Origin: Octopus sinensis
Taxonomy: Eukaryota
Length of the DNA: 64,000 bases
Assembly: GCF_006345805.1 (NCBI RefSeq)
Contig: NC_043023.1
Coordinates: 21,142,001 to 21,206,000 of the forward strand
Direction: 5' to 3'
The translations under genes were made by a program, and so were the position numbers. Shown piece by piece: positions 13,050 through 26,250 of the stretch. The notes under the pieces were generated by a model. It was given only the letters and a program-made list of their open reading frames with translations. It did not search any database and was not told where the DNA came from. Numbering within the stretch: position 1 is the first letter of the stretch; every line of letters starts with the position of its first letter.

Positions 13050-13520
13050 GCAACCATACCCTGGGATATGCCGATACACACAGATAGAGAAATTAAGGCC
13101 AACAGACCAGATATAGTTGTCAGAGATCATGAAGAAAAAAAATGCTTTCTAATTGATGTATCAATACCGGCAGATGACAACGTGTCTCTAAAAGAAATGG
13201 AGAAACTCTCAAAATACAAAGACCTGGAAATAGAGGTAACCAGAATGTGGAATCTAAATACAGAAACAATTCCTATCGTAGTAGGTGCATTAGGCATGAT
13301 AAAAAAATATTCAGACAAATTCATAACAAAAACACCAGGACTTACAAACACATATAACATACAGAAAATTGCACTACTAGGCACTGCACACATCCTACGC
13401 AGAACACTTTCCATACAATAACCATCAGAGCATCACAACAAATCACAGCACATATCCAAGGCACACAGAGCTGCGCTCGGTAGTGAAGTGAAAGCACGCT
13501 ATAAAAATAAAACTACTAAA
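13050..13520 (+). mobile_element. R4/Dong 3' end: intact RLE coding segment, 3' UTR and (AAT)n tail
   Basis: ORF 13068-13421 NRPDIVVRD..CFLIDVSIP..EKLSKYKDL..QKIALLGTAHILRR (PD..D..K endonuclease motif). Confidence 0.92.
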
Positions 13521-13560
13521 TAATAATAATAATAATAAATAATAATAATAATAATAATAT

Positions 13561-13591
<31 letters not shown>

Positions 13592-13619
13592 TAATAATAA
13601 TAATAATAATAATGAAATA

Positions 13620-13653
<34 letters not shown>

Positions 13654-13677
13654 TAATAATAATAATAATATTAATTA

Positions 13678-13708
<31 letters not shown>

Positions 13709-13717
13709 AATAATAAT

Positions 13718-13752
<35 letters not shown>

Positions 13753-13899
13753 TAATCCAAAGGGACAAGAAATTAGAAAACAATAGACAAGATATTGCAA
13801 TCGTAGATAGGGAAAAGCGAAATTGTTATTCAGTTCGTTTGTGAGTAGAATCAGTGCCGTGCAAAAAAGTAATGGGGAGAGGGAGTCACCTTAAAAGAT

Positions 13900-14310
13900 G
13901 CCTCGTTTGATGTTGATGTTGTTAGAGTGGCTTATCCCATTACTATGATTTAGAAGGAGACGGGTGTTCCACTTGGCCATACTATCTTGTAAGAATTTGG
14001 AGACAACTCAAGGGCCTTGAAGAGCCAACTATGTAATCCATCCATGCCATACTCAGGTTTATTTTTTTGTTCTCCGGCATTTGTCTACAATCTCATTGCT
14101 TATGAGTAATTGATCCTTGCACCCATAAGAATTCCTTCTACAACCTTTTTGAGCTTGAGGAAGGATAGACTTCTGTTCAAGGAAAGCGTATTTTTTTCGG
14201 GTAGTATGCATGTGAGAATCGTGTAGGTTGGGACACGTTATTGAACGGTAGTTCTTTAGACTTTTTTTGTGTGTCTTCAGTTTTTGGTAGAAGGTATGTT
14301 GTTCCTTCAG
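13900..14310 (-). mobile_element. R4/Dong RT N-terminal fragment
   Basis: KNYRSITC, QKGCRRNSYGCKDQLLI. Confidence 0.75.
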
Positions 14311-14338
14311 TAGTAGTAGTAATAATAAAAATAACAAC

Positions 14339-14383
<45 letters not shown>

Positions 14384-14930
14384 CCAGTACCAGGCAGTGG
14401 CTCTCGTGGCTTCTGATCTTAAACGATTGGAAGTGTTATCATGTACATTGTTTAGTATTGGTATAAAAGATGGGCTACAGCAAATATTCTGCTCAATACC
14501 ACAGATTTGCTTGTCAATTGTTTGACCTTAACCAGTTGAGCATGTCCCTTAGAGGCTGACGATATGTGCATCTCTGATCACGAGCAGAAGTTGTGGGGGA
14601 GCATCATAGCCATGTGTTGAGAGGGATTCTTTGGGGTTTGGATAATTCACGTCTGGAAACATGGGTGTTTCGTTTAACATCCTTAAACAACCCTTATTTA
14701 GGGACCTTTTGAGCGGGATGGGTTACTCGACCAGAAGAAAATTCTAACTGGGCCCCACCTGCAAGGTCATGTGCTGTTTATCTTGATATGAGATCACCAT
14801 TTCGCGTACGTATGGTTGTGATGCATGTGCCTGGTGTACCCTTATCAGACGGCTAGTCATGATGGGTATATTGGGCTTCGTATATTTTACCCCAGTGTCA
14901 CTTTGATGGCATGCACTGCTCTCTAACTCA
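14384..14930 (+). mobile_element. Family F, near full-length, opposite orientation
   Basis: Reverse complement of 5880-6420; (AAT)n on both sides. Confidence 0.85.
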
Positions 14931-14932
14931 AA

Positions 14933-14974
<42 letters not shown>

Positions 14975-15024
14975 TATAATAATATAATAATAATAATAAT
15001 AAAATAATAATAATAATAACAATA

Positions 15025-15059
<35 letters not shown>

Positions 15060-15159
15060 GATAATAAACAATAATAATAATAATAATAATATAACAATAA
15101 CAATACTAATAATAATAATAATACAATAACATAATACAAATAATTAATATAAATATACA

Positions 15160-15525
15160 GACTTGCTAAAAGAAAATGAAAAAATGTGGCATCTCAAGGT
15201 GACTACAGTACCAGTGATTGTAGAATCTCTAGGAATAATTTTAAAAATTGGTACCAAAACCTATTTGAAAATGATTCCAGACTTACCATCCCTACAGGAA
15301 GTGCAAAAATTCGTATTAACTGGAACGGCTCATGTACTGAGAAGAGCACTATCGCTGTGAAAATAACATCCATTCATGAATTATTTACTTACTAAGCTTT
15401 AAAGTACATATTTTACCTGTGAATTTGCGTGTGTAATCTGGGAATGCATGCAATGAGCTTCTCTGCCCTAGGTTACGGAAGACACTCGGCGAGAAACGGA
15501 GATAACATTTGAAGAAAGAAGGAAA
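15160..15525 (+). mobile_element. R4/Dong 3' end
   Basis: KMWHLKVTTVPVIV..LQEVQKFVLTGTAHVLRRALS; UTR related to 7013-7170; (AAT)n tail. Confidence 0.85.
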
Positions 15526-15714
15526 AAATAATAATAATAATATAATAATAATAATAATAATAATATAATAATAATAATAATATAATAATAATATCAGAAG
15601 TAATATTAATGTCATTATTAATAATAATATAATAATAATAAAAATAATAATAATAATAAATAATAATAATAATAATAATAATAATATGAGAGTAGTATAT
15701 TAATGTCATTAATC

Positions 15715-15780
<66 letters not shown>

Positions 15781-15957
15781 GTGAAATATGGTGTTGTTTC
15801 GCTTCGTATCCATTTAATTTCTGGATTTCTTTCATTGTCATTTTCCTTCATTTTTATTCTAAAAAAAACTCTTTCAATTCATCTTCATTCGTTGTCATCA
15901 TGTTATTGTTATCGTTTTTTTTTTTTTTCTTTCTCTCTCTCTCTCTCTTTTTCTCAA

Positions 15958-16402
15958 ACCACCACCACCACCACCACCACCGCCACTGCTACCACTACTA
16001 CAACTACGACGGCAACGACAACAACGCACACCCACCTCAACTCCGACGCCGACACCGACCCCGACATCACCGCCACTGCAACAACAACCGCCGCCGCTGC
16101 CGACGTCATCTACGGTTTCCAACACCGCCGCCATCGTCAACCATTGCAACGCCCGTGGCCGCCGCTATAACACCATCGCCACCGCCACCGTCAACACCCA
16201 TACCACCGCCAACGCTCACTCCAACACCGCCGCCGCCACCGCCACCACCACCACGATCACCACCACCAACGCCACGACCACGACGATCAACGCCACCGCC
16301 ATCACTCCCTCCGCCACCACCACCACCAACACTACTACCATCAACAACAACTACAACTACAACAACAACGCCAACACCAACACCAACACCAACACTGCTA
16401 AA
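15958..16402. repeat. GC-rich cryptic trinucleotide repeat (ACC/GCC/ACA)
   Basis: Direct reading; no flanking splice signals found. Confidence 0.8.
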
Positions 16403-16914
16403 AGAAAAGAGACTATCATCTTTTGAACACGTGACAGGAAGTGAGGCGCGCGTTTATGAACATCATCATCATGGCTGCTACGAGTTTGCGTGGGTGGATT
16501 TGGACGAGACGAAAGCGGATGGTAAAGAACGAATCAGGATACAGAAACAACACTTGAACACCATTGGACATTACTATTATTATTCTTATTATCATTGTTA
16601 TTGTTATTATTATTATCATCATTATTATTATTATAATTATTGTTGTTGTTATTATTCTTATTATTGTTGTTGTTGTTATTTTCATCATTACTATCGTTGG
16701 AGACTCGTTTGCATGCCGGACGAAGTGCATAGCGGCGTTTCTTCCGTCTCTTTACGATCTAAGTTCAAATTCCGCCGAGGTCGACTTTACCTTTCATCCT
16801 TTCGGGGTTCGATGAAATAAGTACCAGTTACACACTGGGGTCGATGTAATCGGCTTAGCCCCATCTTCCCCGGAACTTGCTGGCCTTGTGCTAAAATTTG
16901 AAGTCATTATCCTA

Positions 16915-16946
<32 letters not shown>

Positions 16947-17496
16947 GACCGTTAGTAGAATTGTTAGTATGCCGGATAAAATGCTTAGCGACATCTCTTC
17001 CGGCGTTTACTCTTCTGAGTTCAAGTTCCGCTGAGGTCGACTTTGCCTTTCATCTCTTTGAGGGGTGGATAAAAACAGGGTACCCGTTGAGCACTGATGC
17101 CGATGCGATCGATTTGTGCCCCTCCCCTCAAAGTTTCAGGCCTTATGCCTATAGTAGAAAGGATTACAAATAGCAACCACGCGCGAATGAAACGTTTGGT
17201 GGCATTTCTTCCGGTTTTACGTTTTGAGGTTTCAATTCCGCCGAGGTCGACTTTCCCTTTCATCCTCTCGGGGTCGACGAAATAAAGACCAGGGTAACAC
17301 TGGGGTCGATGAAATCGATTAGCCCCCTCATCAGAAACTGTGGGTCTTGTGCCTTTACTAGAAAGGATCATTTTTATTATTATTATTATTATCATTATTA
17401 TATTATTATTATTATATATTATTATTATTATTATTATTATATTATTATTATTATTATCATATTATTATTTATTAGTATTATTATCATTATTATATA

Positions 17497-17542
<46 letters not shown>

Positions 17543-17652
17543 ATTATTATTATTATTATTATCATTATTATTAATTAACATTATTATTATTATTATCATT
17601 ATTATTATTATTCTTATATTATTAATATTATTATTATTATTATTATTATTAT

Positions 17653-18193
17653 TGAATGAGAGAGTAGTACATGCAATCAAATCGACACTGGGGTTATATA
17701 TACGAAGCCCAATATACCCATCATGACTACCTGTCTAATGAGGGTACACTAGGCATGCATAATAACCATATGTGCACGATATGGTGATCTCGTATCAAGA
17801 TAAACAGCACACGACTTTGCAGGTGAGAATTTTCTTCAAGTTGAGTAACCCATCCCACTCAAAAGGTCCCTGAATAAGGATTGTTTAAGGATGTTGAAAG
17901 AACCACCCATGTTTCCAGAGGTGAATTATTCAAACCCCAAATAATCACTCTCAACACATGGCTATGATGCTCCCCCACTACTTCTGCTCGTGATCAGAGA
18001 TGCACATATCGTCAGCCACTGAGGACATGCTCAAATGGTTAAGGTCAAACAACTGACAAGCAAATCTGTGGTGTTGAGCAGAATATTTGCTGTAGCCCAT
18101 CTTTTATATCAAGACAAAACAATGTACATGATAACACTTGCAATCAGTTAAGATCAGAAGCCATGAGAGCCACTGTCTGGTACTGCATCAGGG
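17653..18193 (-). mobile_element. Family F, full-length
   Basis: Matches 5880-6433. Confidence 0.85.
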
Positions 18194-18264
18194 TATTTTG
18201 TTATTATTATTGTTATTATTATTATTATCATCATTATTATTATTATTATAATTATTATTATTAT

Positions 18265-18374
18265 TAATTGTTGTCGCCATATTAATATGGCAGTCTTATA
18301 AGACTATAAAAGCTGTCGACAGCTTTTAGTCTTATATCTATAAGACTGCCATATTAATATGGCGATAACAATTA
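18265..18374. repeat. Nested palindrome (~110 bp)
   Basis: Centre GTCGAC at 18315-18320; the arms contain the self-palindromes GCCATATTAATATGGC and AGTCTTATAAGACT. Confidence 0.85.
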
Positions 18375-18431
18375 ATTTCCAGTAACGCTGCCGTAATCTG
18401 TTTTAGAGAGACTTAGTAATTTTAATATTTC

Positions 18432-18487
<56 letters not shown>

Positions 18488-19094
18488 TATTGAAGGGTTT
18501 GTTAATGAATGAATTGTTAAGGTGAGAAATAGATCAAAACGATTGCCGAGTCAAACAACGAGGTAACAAGAAATAATTTCACATTTTCAGCCTTATGATT
18601 AGCCCCGCCACATCATCCTTCGTCATTCCTAAATAAGGTCAGGTCACCGATTGGAAATAATCGCTTGAGCAACAAGCAAAATGTCCTGTCAAGTAGCTTC
18701 ATGTGTGTCCACTGGACGCAAACGTGGTCCGGTGGTTAAGACGTTCGTTTAGCAATCGTAATAAACTGGGTTCGATTTGACCTCGAGGAATCTTAGGCAA
18801 GTTTTTTATCCTTTATTTTCTTTAACTTTTGACTCCTTTCAGTCGTTTACTGTGGCCATACTGGAGCATCACCCTGAAGGGATTTAGTTTTAAAAATCGA
18901 CCCCAGTATTTAGTATTTTTTTTTATTAAATCTGGTATTTATTCTCCTCGACCTTCTTCACCAAATCGTTAAGATACGGAGATGAAAACAAAGCAACATC
19001 GGTTGTTAAGATGTGCGGGACTGACACAAACACAAAGAACTACACACACATATGTACACGTTTGTGTATTTATATTTCTTAACAAGAATACTAT

Positions 19095-19183
19095 TGACAG
19101 GGACTTCGAAGTTACGGTCAGCTTAAACTTCGTCGGTCAGTCGGATGATGGCTTAGCTGAGCGAAACTTCAAAGTCGCTGTCA
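19095..19183. pseudogene. Degenerate inverted pair of HHR-like motifs
   Basis: Hairpin TGACAGGGACTTCGAAGTT...AACTTCAAAGTCGCTGTCA. The + strand core reads CGGATGA...GAAACTTCAAAGTC (U4 to G); the - strand core is also mutated. Confidence 0.45.
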
Positions 19184-19319
19184 GTATTATTCTTGGTACA
19201 GAAAAATAGATCTATACTCTACCAAGTGTATTGAGTGCGCCTTCGGTCTAATGTAAATTTGTTTTTACTATGACATTAAAACAAACATTAATATACGTAC
19301 GTATGTATGCACCAATGAG

Positions 19320-19320
19320 A

Positions 19321-19353
<33 letters not shown>

Positions 19354-19435
19354 AATATATACACATATATGTATATATATGTATGTATATGTATATGTTT
19401 GTATGTATATACATATGCATATGCTTGTATGTATG

Positions 19436-19476
<41 letters not shown>

Positions 19477-19506
19477 TATATATATATATATAATATATAT
19501 ATATAT

Positions 19507-19541
<35 letters not shown>

Positions 19542-19611
19542 TATATGTGTGTGTTTTTATATGTATGTATAATACATATATATATACATATATGTATATA
19601 TATATATATAG

Positions 19612-19650
<39 letters not shown>

Positions 19651-19700
19651 ATATATATAATATATATAATATATATATATATATATACCTGTATATGTAT
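19320..19700. repeat. (AT)n microsatellite (others at 21000-21260, 31030-31290, 58170-58280, 59340-59500)
   Basis: Direct reading. Confidence 0.95.
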
Positions 19701-20235
19701 AAGACGGGCTGCTTTAATTTTCCCTCTACAAGCCCACATGCATTGGTCGGCCCGTGGCTATAACATTAGACACCTTCTCGCGGCTTCACACAACAGGATT
19801 GAACCCACAACCAAGTTACGCTGCGTCAGAAAGGGGTGTGGTGTGTTTGTTTTTTGTTTTGTTTTTTTTTTGTGGCGGGGGTGCTTTTTTAGTATAGCTT
19901 CGGGTCGACTTTATCGCTGTGAGCGAGATCGATGAGGTCGAAGCTGTTTGGGAACTCGAAGGATAGTGTTCTACGCGTTATTGTTCACACCCTCCACACA
20001 CGCCTTGAAATAGAACTTGCAAAAAACAAAAACACAGGAGCTGAGGCTAACGAAAAGAAAGGGCAGCAGCCGCCCGGTCCCCTTCTCTGTTCTTGACTAA
20101 TGATTGATGAGACTAATGACGAAAAGAGGTTCTATTTTTGACTGTGTAAATAATGTCGCTTGTTATAACTATTTTCAGAAAGTTTTCGTCTTCCTCGAGA
20201 CGTTGTGTAACTGATACCCAATCTCCATTGACCAG

Positions 20236-20270
<35 letters not shown>

Positions 20271-20273
20271 AGG

Positions 20274-20324
20274 AGCTTCTACAGGACAAGAACTGTTTCA
20301 TTCAAAAGAAATCATCAGGAAGCT
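20274..20324 (-). ncRNA. Type I hammerhead ribozyme (left arm of inverted PLE-type repeat)
   Basis: AGCTTC-CTGATGA-T.TTC(TTTT)GAA.T-GAA-ACAG(TTCTTGTC)CTGT-A-GAAGCT: stem I 6 bp, stem III 4 bp, intact core. Confidence 0.8.
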
Positions 20325-20500
20325 AGGTGACAAGAATAGTTTTGGCATTTATACATTTAGGCAGATTTAAAGTGGTGGGGGGGGCTTTTTGGGGTAGGCA
20401 TGGCGCAAACTGTCTTTCTTAGGGGACCCCAAAAAGTCCACCACCACCACCACTTTAAATCTGCCTAAATGTATAAATGCCAAAACTATTCTTGTCACCT

Positions 20501-20550
20501 AGCTTCCTGATGATTTCTTTTGAATGAAACAGTTCTAGTCCGTAGAAGCT
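20501..20550 (+). ncRNA. Type I hammerhead ribozyme (right arm, stem III partly disrupted)
   Basis: AGCTTC-CTGATGA-TTTCTTTTGAAT-GAA-ACAG..CCGT-A-GAAGCT; one mismatch in stem III relative to the left copy. Confidence 0.6.
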
Positions 20551-20669
20551 CCTTCTATAAAATAAATTAATTTACTCTGCTATGTATTGAGTACCTTATT
20601 TACTGTGGTTAACCCCGACTCAACCCGGGACCTACATATATATATATATATATATGATATCATATATAT

Positions 20670-21000
20670 ATAAGTAGTTGAATGAATTATCTTAGTATGG
20701 ATAATCGGTTAACCGATACTGGGTAGCAAATTCACGTCAGAAAAACACGGTTGAAGCTACATGCCAAGGCAAGATCACGTGCTTTCGTGTGGAAATTTGT
20801 GTGTTTTTTTTAATACAAATAATGAAAGAATGGAGTTGAACGACTTATGCTGACATAAGTTCCTTTTTGTTTTCCTGATGAGAAGGCGGCATAATGCACC
20901 CCTTATTCCTTCGAAATTAGGAATATGCAGCCTTCGAAACATATGTCGAGAATAAAGGAATTTTTGTAAATCGTCGTTCAACTCCATTCTTTCATTTATT

Positions 21001-21005
<5 letters not shown>
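20670..21005. mobile_element. PLE-type element with partial inverted terminal repeats and a central HHR
   Basis: Inverted arms AATAATGAAAGAATGGAGTTGAACGAC / GTCGTTCAACTCCATTCTTTCATTTATT; 20670-20850 resembles the reverse complement of 59137-59330; flanked by (AT)n. Confidence 0.65.
20860..20960 (+). ncRNA. Type I hammerhead ribozyme with GUC cleavage triplet and palindromic stem III
   Basis: GTTTTC-CTGATGA-GAAGGC.GCATA(insert)TATGC.GCCTTC-GAA-ACATATGT-C-GAGAAT; stem I extends to about 13 bp with wobbles and a bulge; predicted cut after 20947. Confidence 0.85.
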
Positions 21006-21048
<43 letters not shown>

Positions 21049-21269
21049 GAATATATTATATTATAATATATAATATATATATAATATATATGTATGTATA
21101 TATATATATATATATATATCATATATATATATTATATTTATATTATAGATTTGTGTATATATATTATATATATATGTTATAGATTTGTGTATATATATAT
21201 ATTATAGATCTGTTATAGATTTGTGTATAGATATATATAATATTAATATTATATATAATTGAAATTTAT

Positions 21270-21415
21270 AGAAAAACGAAAGACGTAGACAGGTGTTTGA
21301 ACAACAAGCAAGTGTATTAGTTTCACGTTCGGGAAAAATGAAAGTCTTTTACGTTTCGAGCCTACGCTCTTCAACAGAATGAAATAACAAGAAATAAAGA
21401 GAGATTGAAAAAAGT
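21270..21415 (-). mobile_element. PLE-type terminal-repeat family with variant HHR-like core (second copy 38185-38380, +)
   Basis: Both copies share CTG(T/A)(T/A)GAAGAGCGTAGGCTCGAAA(C/T)GTAAAAGAC and lie adjacent to (AT)n. Confidence 0.5.
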
Positions 21416-21859
21416 TCGCAGATCAACGGTCTATATACATATATGCTTCCAAACATTGCTATGAATAACGGAAGTGAGTGGGATCGTTATAATTTAGTGC
21501 GCATGCGCGAGAGACCTCAAGGCCAATCAGCGCCAGGCGGCCTCGTTCTGCGTACTCTAGTACCGTTCCTATAATAAGAGAACCGATATAATAAGGAATC
21601 AAGGGACAGAGAAAGGGATCTTTTGATATTTTTATGCCTTTCGTGTGGCAGAGTAATTTTTGCTGGATTCCCCCCACCAACCGGACCCTTCCCCCAAACA
21701 ATTAGGGATATTTTTTTTAATATGTTATTCTTATATTTTTTATCGATTTTTGTTTTCTTCTAACTTCGCCTTTTTATAGGATGTAAAACCCATCCTTATC
21801 ATTTTGTAATTTCGTCCATGTAACGTCCTCTCCAACTTGGGCAATTGTCACCAATAAAA

Positions 21860-21872
21860 TAGATTACTATTA

Positions 21873-21904
<32 letters not shown>

Positions 21905-21906
21905 GA

Positions 21907-21967
<61 letters not shown>

Positions 21968-22010
21968 ATTATTATTGATATTATTATTATTATCATCATT
22001 ATTATTAATA

Positions 22011-22044
<34 letters not shown>

Positions 22045-22065
22045 CATTATTATTATTATTATTAC

Positions 22066-22097
<32 letters not shown>

Positions 22098-22200
22098 TGA
22101 TATTATTATTATTATCATCATATTATTAATATTATTATTCTTATTATTATTATTATTATTATTATTGTTATTGATATTATTATTATATCATCATTATTAT

Positions 22201-22235
<35 letters not shown>

Positions 22236-22338
22236 ATGATATTATTATTATTATTATTATTATTATTATCATTATTATATTATTATATTATTATTATTAT
22301 TAATTATTATTATTATTATTATTATTACTATTAATATA

Positions 22339-22387
<49 letters not shown>

Positions 22388-22675
22388 TTTATTACTATGA
22401 TTATTATTATTATTCTTATTATATTATTATTATCGCCAGTATTATTATTATTATTATTACTATTATTATTATTATCATTATTATTTATATTATATGGATA
22501 TTATTATTACTATCATCATTATTTTAATTATTATTATTATTATATATTATTATTATTATTATTTTTTATTGATATTATTATTATTATCATCATTATTATT
22601 GAATATTATTATATATTAGTATTATTATTATCTTATTATTATTAATATTATTATTATTATTATTATTACTATTAA

Positions 22676-22718
<43 letters not shown>

Positions 22719-22739
22719 TATTATTATTATTATTATTAA

Positions 22740-22779
<40 letters not shown>

Positions 22780-22828
22780 TATTAATATTATATTATTATA
22801 TATTATTATTATTTTATTATTATTATTT
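21860..22828. repeat. ~970-bp (ATT)n microsatellite
   Basis: Direct reading. Confidence 0.97.
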
Positions 22829-23249
22829 CGGTGTGGCTGTCTAGGACGGATATGTCTTGCAGATTTACCGCAAGAAGTGAAATATTACATTTTAATTCCT
22901 GTGAATTGTTTTGTTTTGTATTTATATACACATATATAGTTATTTTTCTCTTTGAAATTCTTTAGTATCCACCCTGTTTGTTTTGAGGGTGCGAAGAAAA
23001 AATCTAAGGTCCTATAGTGGGGTATATTTACGTACATCTTCTAAAATTACCACACCGTTTACATAATGTAGAGAATATTCCACCAGCATTGCCCAAAGGA
23101 CCTTAACATCAATTTTCAGAATTCATCCAAGGGTGGGGCCACGTGGCATATGCCTCCTACGCAAGAAAGACTCATAACATATAAATAAATACTGCACCAT
23201 CATCCCTTATCCTCAAGGGGCCCTGTTTTATTTCATATTTTTCCAAAAC

Positions 23250-23560
23250 AAATTAGTGATGACTAAAGATCCCATCGCTTTCACACGAAACCCTGGGCAA
23301 ATTTCTCCGGGTGATATTAGATAAACAATCTATATATGGGTATATCTGGGTCAACAAATGTTCCCAACATGATACCGTAAATCTTGACTCTAAAATCAAT
23401 GAGAAGATTCTATCAGGCGATGCTATAAAGTTAAGACATGGACTGGACCAATTTGGGGCCGAATCATGTCTTGCGTAAACATAAGGCGTCTTGATTTGAG
23501 GAAAGGCTTGGAGTAAGAAGCGAAGATCATAACAGCGTACAGGATCTGAAGGATTACGAA
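23250..23560 (+). pseudogene. Possible ancient LINE RT C-terminal remnant (Jockey/I-like)
   Basis: KFLRVILDKQ resembles KFLGVILD; many stops. Confidence 0.25.
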
Positions 23561-24598
23561 GAAAATTTTGTTGAAAATTGTGTATATAAAATAAAAATAA
23601 AGGCAAAAAATGGTAATTTGACTAATCAATACAATTACAAATATACACGCGCATACACACATCGTCTAAAACCGAAAAATGCCTAGGAAAACGCAAGCGA
23701 ATACGTTTGTATTGTTGAATACTGTTACTGGACAATAACACAAAAGTTTCACCAATGTCGCGATCCAGAAAGAAGCTTTGAACATACGACGGAGAGCTTA
23801 CTGATAAAGTTTAATGAAAAAATAAGCATGCGGAAAAAGACATATCACAGCGTCTTGAAAAAGCATTAAGATTTTTAGTGTGCCCCCAAAAGGGCAATTT
23901 AAGGAGTTTGCGTACGATATGTGGCCTGGTGCATTTTATATCGATAAGTTCAGGGTTTATAGAAGTATGCGTTGCGGGGAGATTTTTTCTATTGCAAGTA
24001 CTTAGGAAAAGGCAGCTGTGGAGAGCGATGCAGCAGAACTTGCAGGCTTTTATTCCCTGTATAGCACCTCAACACGAGTCTCTCGGTTACACTCATGGAG
24101 AGGAAGGTCTAGAGACCTGCCTCTCCCCCTGGGTCAGGAGCCGACAACATGGATACTGACGAAGGAGTCGAAAAGTAAAATTCAGAAATGTGTGTATCCC
24201 AGGGTGCACATCTTCAGTATTCTGCAATATATAATTCCAGTGTGCCACTAGTATAGTAAAACTCCTCTACTAGATCAGTGGTACCCTGAAATAAATGCAA
24301 GATGGACAGTGGCAGAACATTGCCGGGTAGAGCAAAAACAGTAGATAAAAAAAACAGATAAAGCAATGAGCCTAAACAAAAAAGAAAAAGGTCCCCGCAT
24401 CCGCGGAGATGTTGCGAGATTCATCACGGTTCGGTTACCAAGCAATGTGGTAGTGATATTAAAGTTAGGCATCCTTGAAATGTGACTAGTAGGAAGATAT
24501 GCCAATTAATGAGGAGAATATGCGGCGGAATTTCCAGAAACCTTCTGACGATTCGGTATTGTTAAATCATATCACAACACAACCATTTCTAGAGGACT

Positions 24599-24664
<66 letters not shown>

Positions 24665-24786
24665 TAATTAATGAGGAGAAAATGCGACGAAATTTCCAAA
24701 AACTCCTGACGATTCGGTATTGTTAAATCATATCACAAATAAACAACCATTTCTAGAGGACTTTGAATATATTATATATATATATA

Positions 24787-24856
<70 letters not shown>

Positions 24857-25462
24857 TATGTATACATATATATATACATATATACACACACACATCTGTC
24901 CCATACAATGCAAAATCTGCTTAGCCTCATTTGCGTGTACCAGTTTCAAACACAAGGAGCGGCAGGTGGGGGTAAATCGTGGGGGCAATTCAACCCAATC
25001 AAGTGACACCTTACCTTTTTCACTCGTCGGTGACATAATTGCTTTCTTGGTAGCTTTAAACTAATTTAACTACATCTGTGCTTTATCTAATTATCTTATT
25101 TATTTTGTGTAATTATTATTTTGTGATTTTTTCAAATATTTACTATGTTTTAATATACAATATGACCCCACTCGGCCCCTCCCCCCTTTTTATATATCTT
25201 CATTGTATAAACTCCCACCCCGGCTCACAAGTATGTCCTTTTTTTAATCTATTTTGTAACATATCTCTTCTATGTATGATTGAGCCATAATGGAAAATAA
25301 AAGAAATCCTTATTATTGCTCTTGTTGTTCTTGTTGTTGTTCTTTGCGCGTCGAACAAAATGCTCAACAGCATTTCTTCCGGCGCTTTTCATTCTGAGTT
25401 CGAATAAGGTTGAGGGCCGACTTTCACTTTCATCGTTTCGTGGTCGAGCCGATGAAATAAGG

Positions 25463-26250
25463 CGCAAGAGTGGCTGTGTGGTAAGTAGCTTGCTTACTAA
25501 CTACATGGTTCCGGGTTCAGTCCCACTGAGTGGCACCTTGGGCAAGTGTCTTCTGCTATAGCCCCGGGCCGACCAATGCCTTGTGGGTGGATTTAGTAGA
25601 CGGAAACTGAAAGAAGCCCATCGTATATAGGTATATATATATATATTATAGGCACAGGAGTGGCTGTGTGGTAAGTAGCTTGCTTACCAACCACATGGTT
25701 CCGGGTTCAGTCCCACTGCGTGACATCTTGGGCAAGTGTCTTCTACTATAGCCCCGGGCCGACCAATGCCTAGTGAGTGGATTTGGTAGACGGACACTGA
25801 AAGAAGCCCATCGTATATATAGGTATATATATATATATTATAGGCACAGGAGTGGCTGTGTGGTAAGTAGCTTGCTTACCAACCACATGGTTCCGGGTTC
25901 AGTCCCACTGCGTGACATCTTGGGCAAGTGTCTTCTACTATAGCCCCGGGCCGACCAATGCCTAGTGAGTGGATTTGGTAGACGGAAACTGAAAGAAGCC
26001 CGTCGTATATATATACGCATATATATATGTATGTGTGTGTTTGTGTGTCTGTGTTTGTCCCCCTAGCATTGCTTGACAACCGATGCTGGTGTGTTTACGT
26101 CCCCGTCACTTAGCGGTTCGGCAAAAGAGACCGATAGAATAAGTACTGGGCTTACAAAAGAATAAGTCCCGGAGTCGATTTGCTCGACTAAAGGCGGTGC
26201 TCCAGCATGGCCGCAGTCAAATGACTGAAACAAGTAAAAGAGTAAAAAGA
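25463..26250 (+). mobile_element. SINE family B with three tandem heads
   Basis: Head units at ~25463, 25650 and 25842, followed by one tail. Confidence 0.85.

Larger units (their letters stand above)
20266..20558. mobile_element. Fold-back (inverted pLTR pair) Penelope-like non-autonomous element
   Basis: ~112-bp arms at 20266-20378 and 20447-20558, each with an HHR; (AT)n immediately to the left. Confidence 0.7.

Noticed and set aside
15900-16820. 306-aa Pro/Thr-rich ORF resembling an extensin or mucin
   Set aside because: Simple trinucleotide mosaic running into (ATT)n and a SINE; no credible start or splice sites.
24500-24775. Two direct repeats containing CTGACGA
   Set aside because: No downstream GAAA, stem III or stem I, so not a complete hammerhead.
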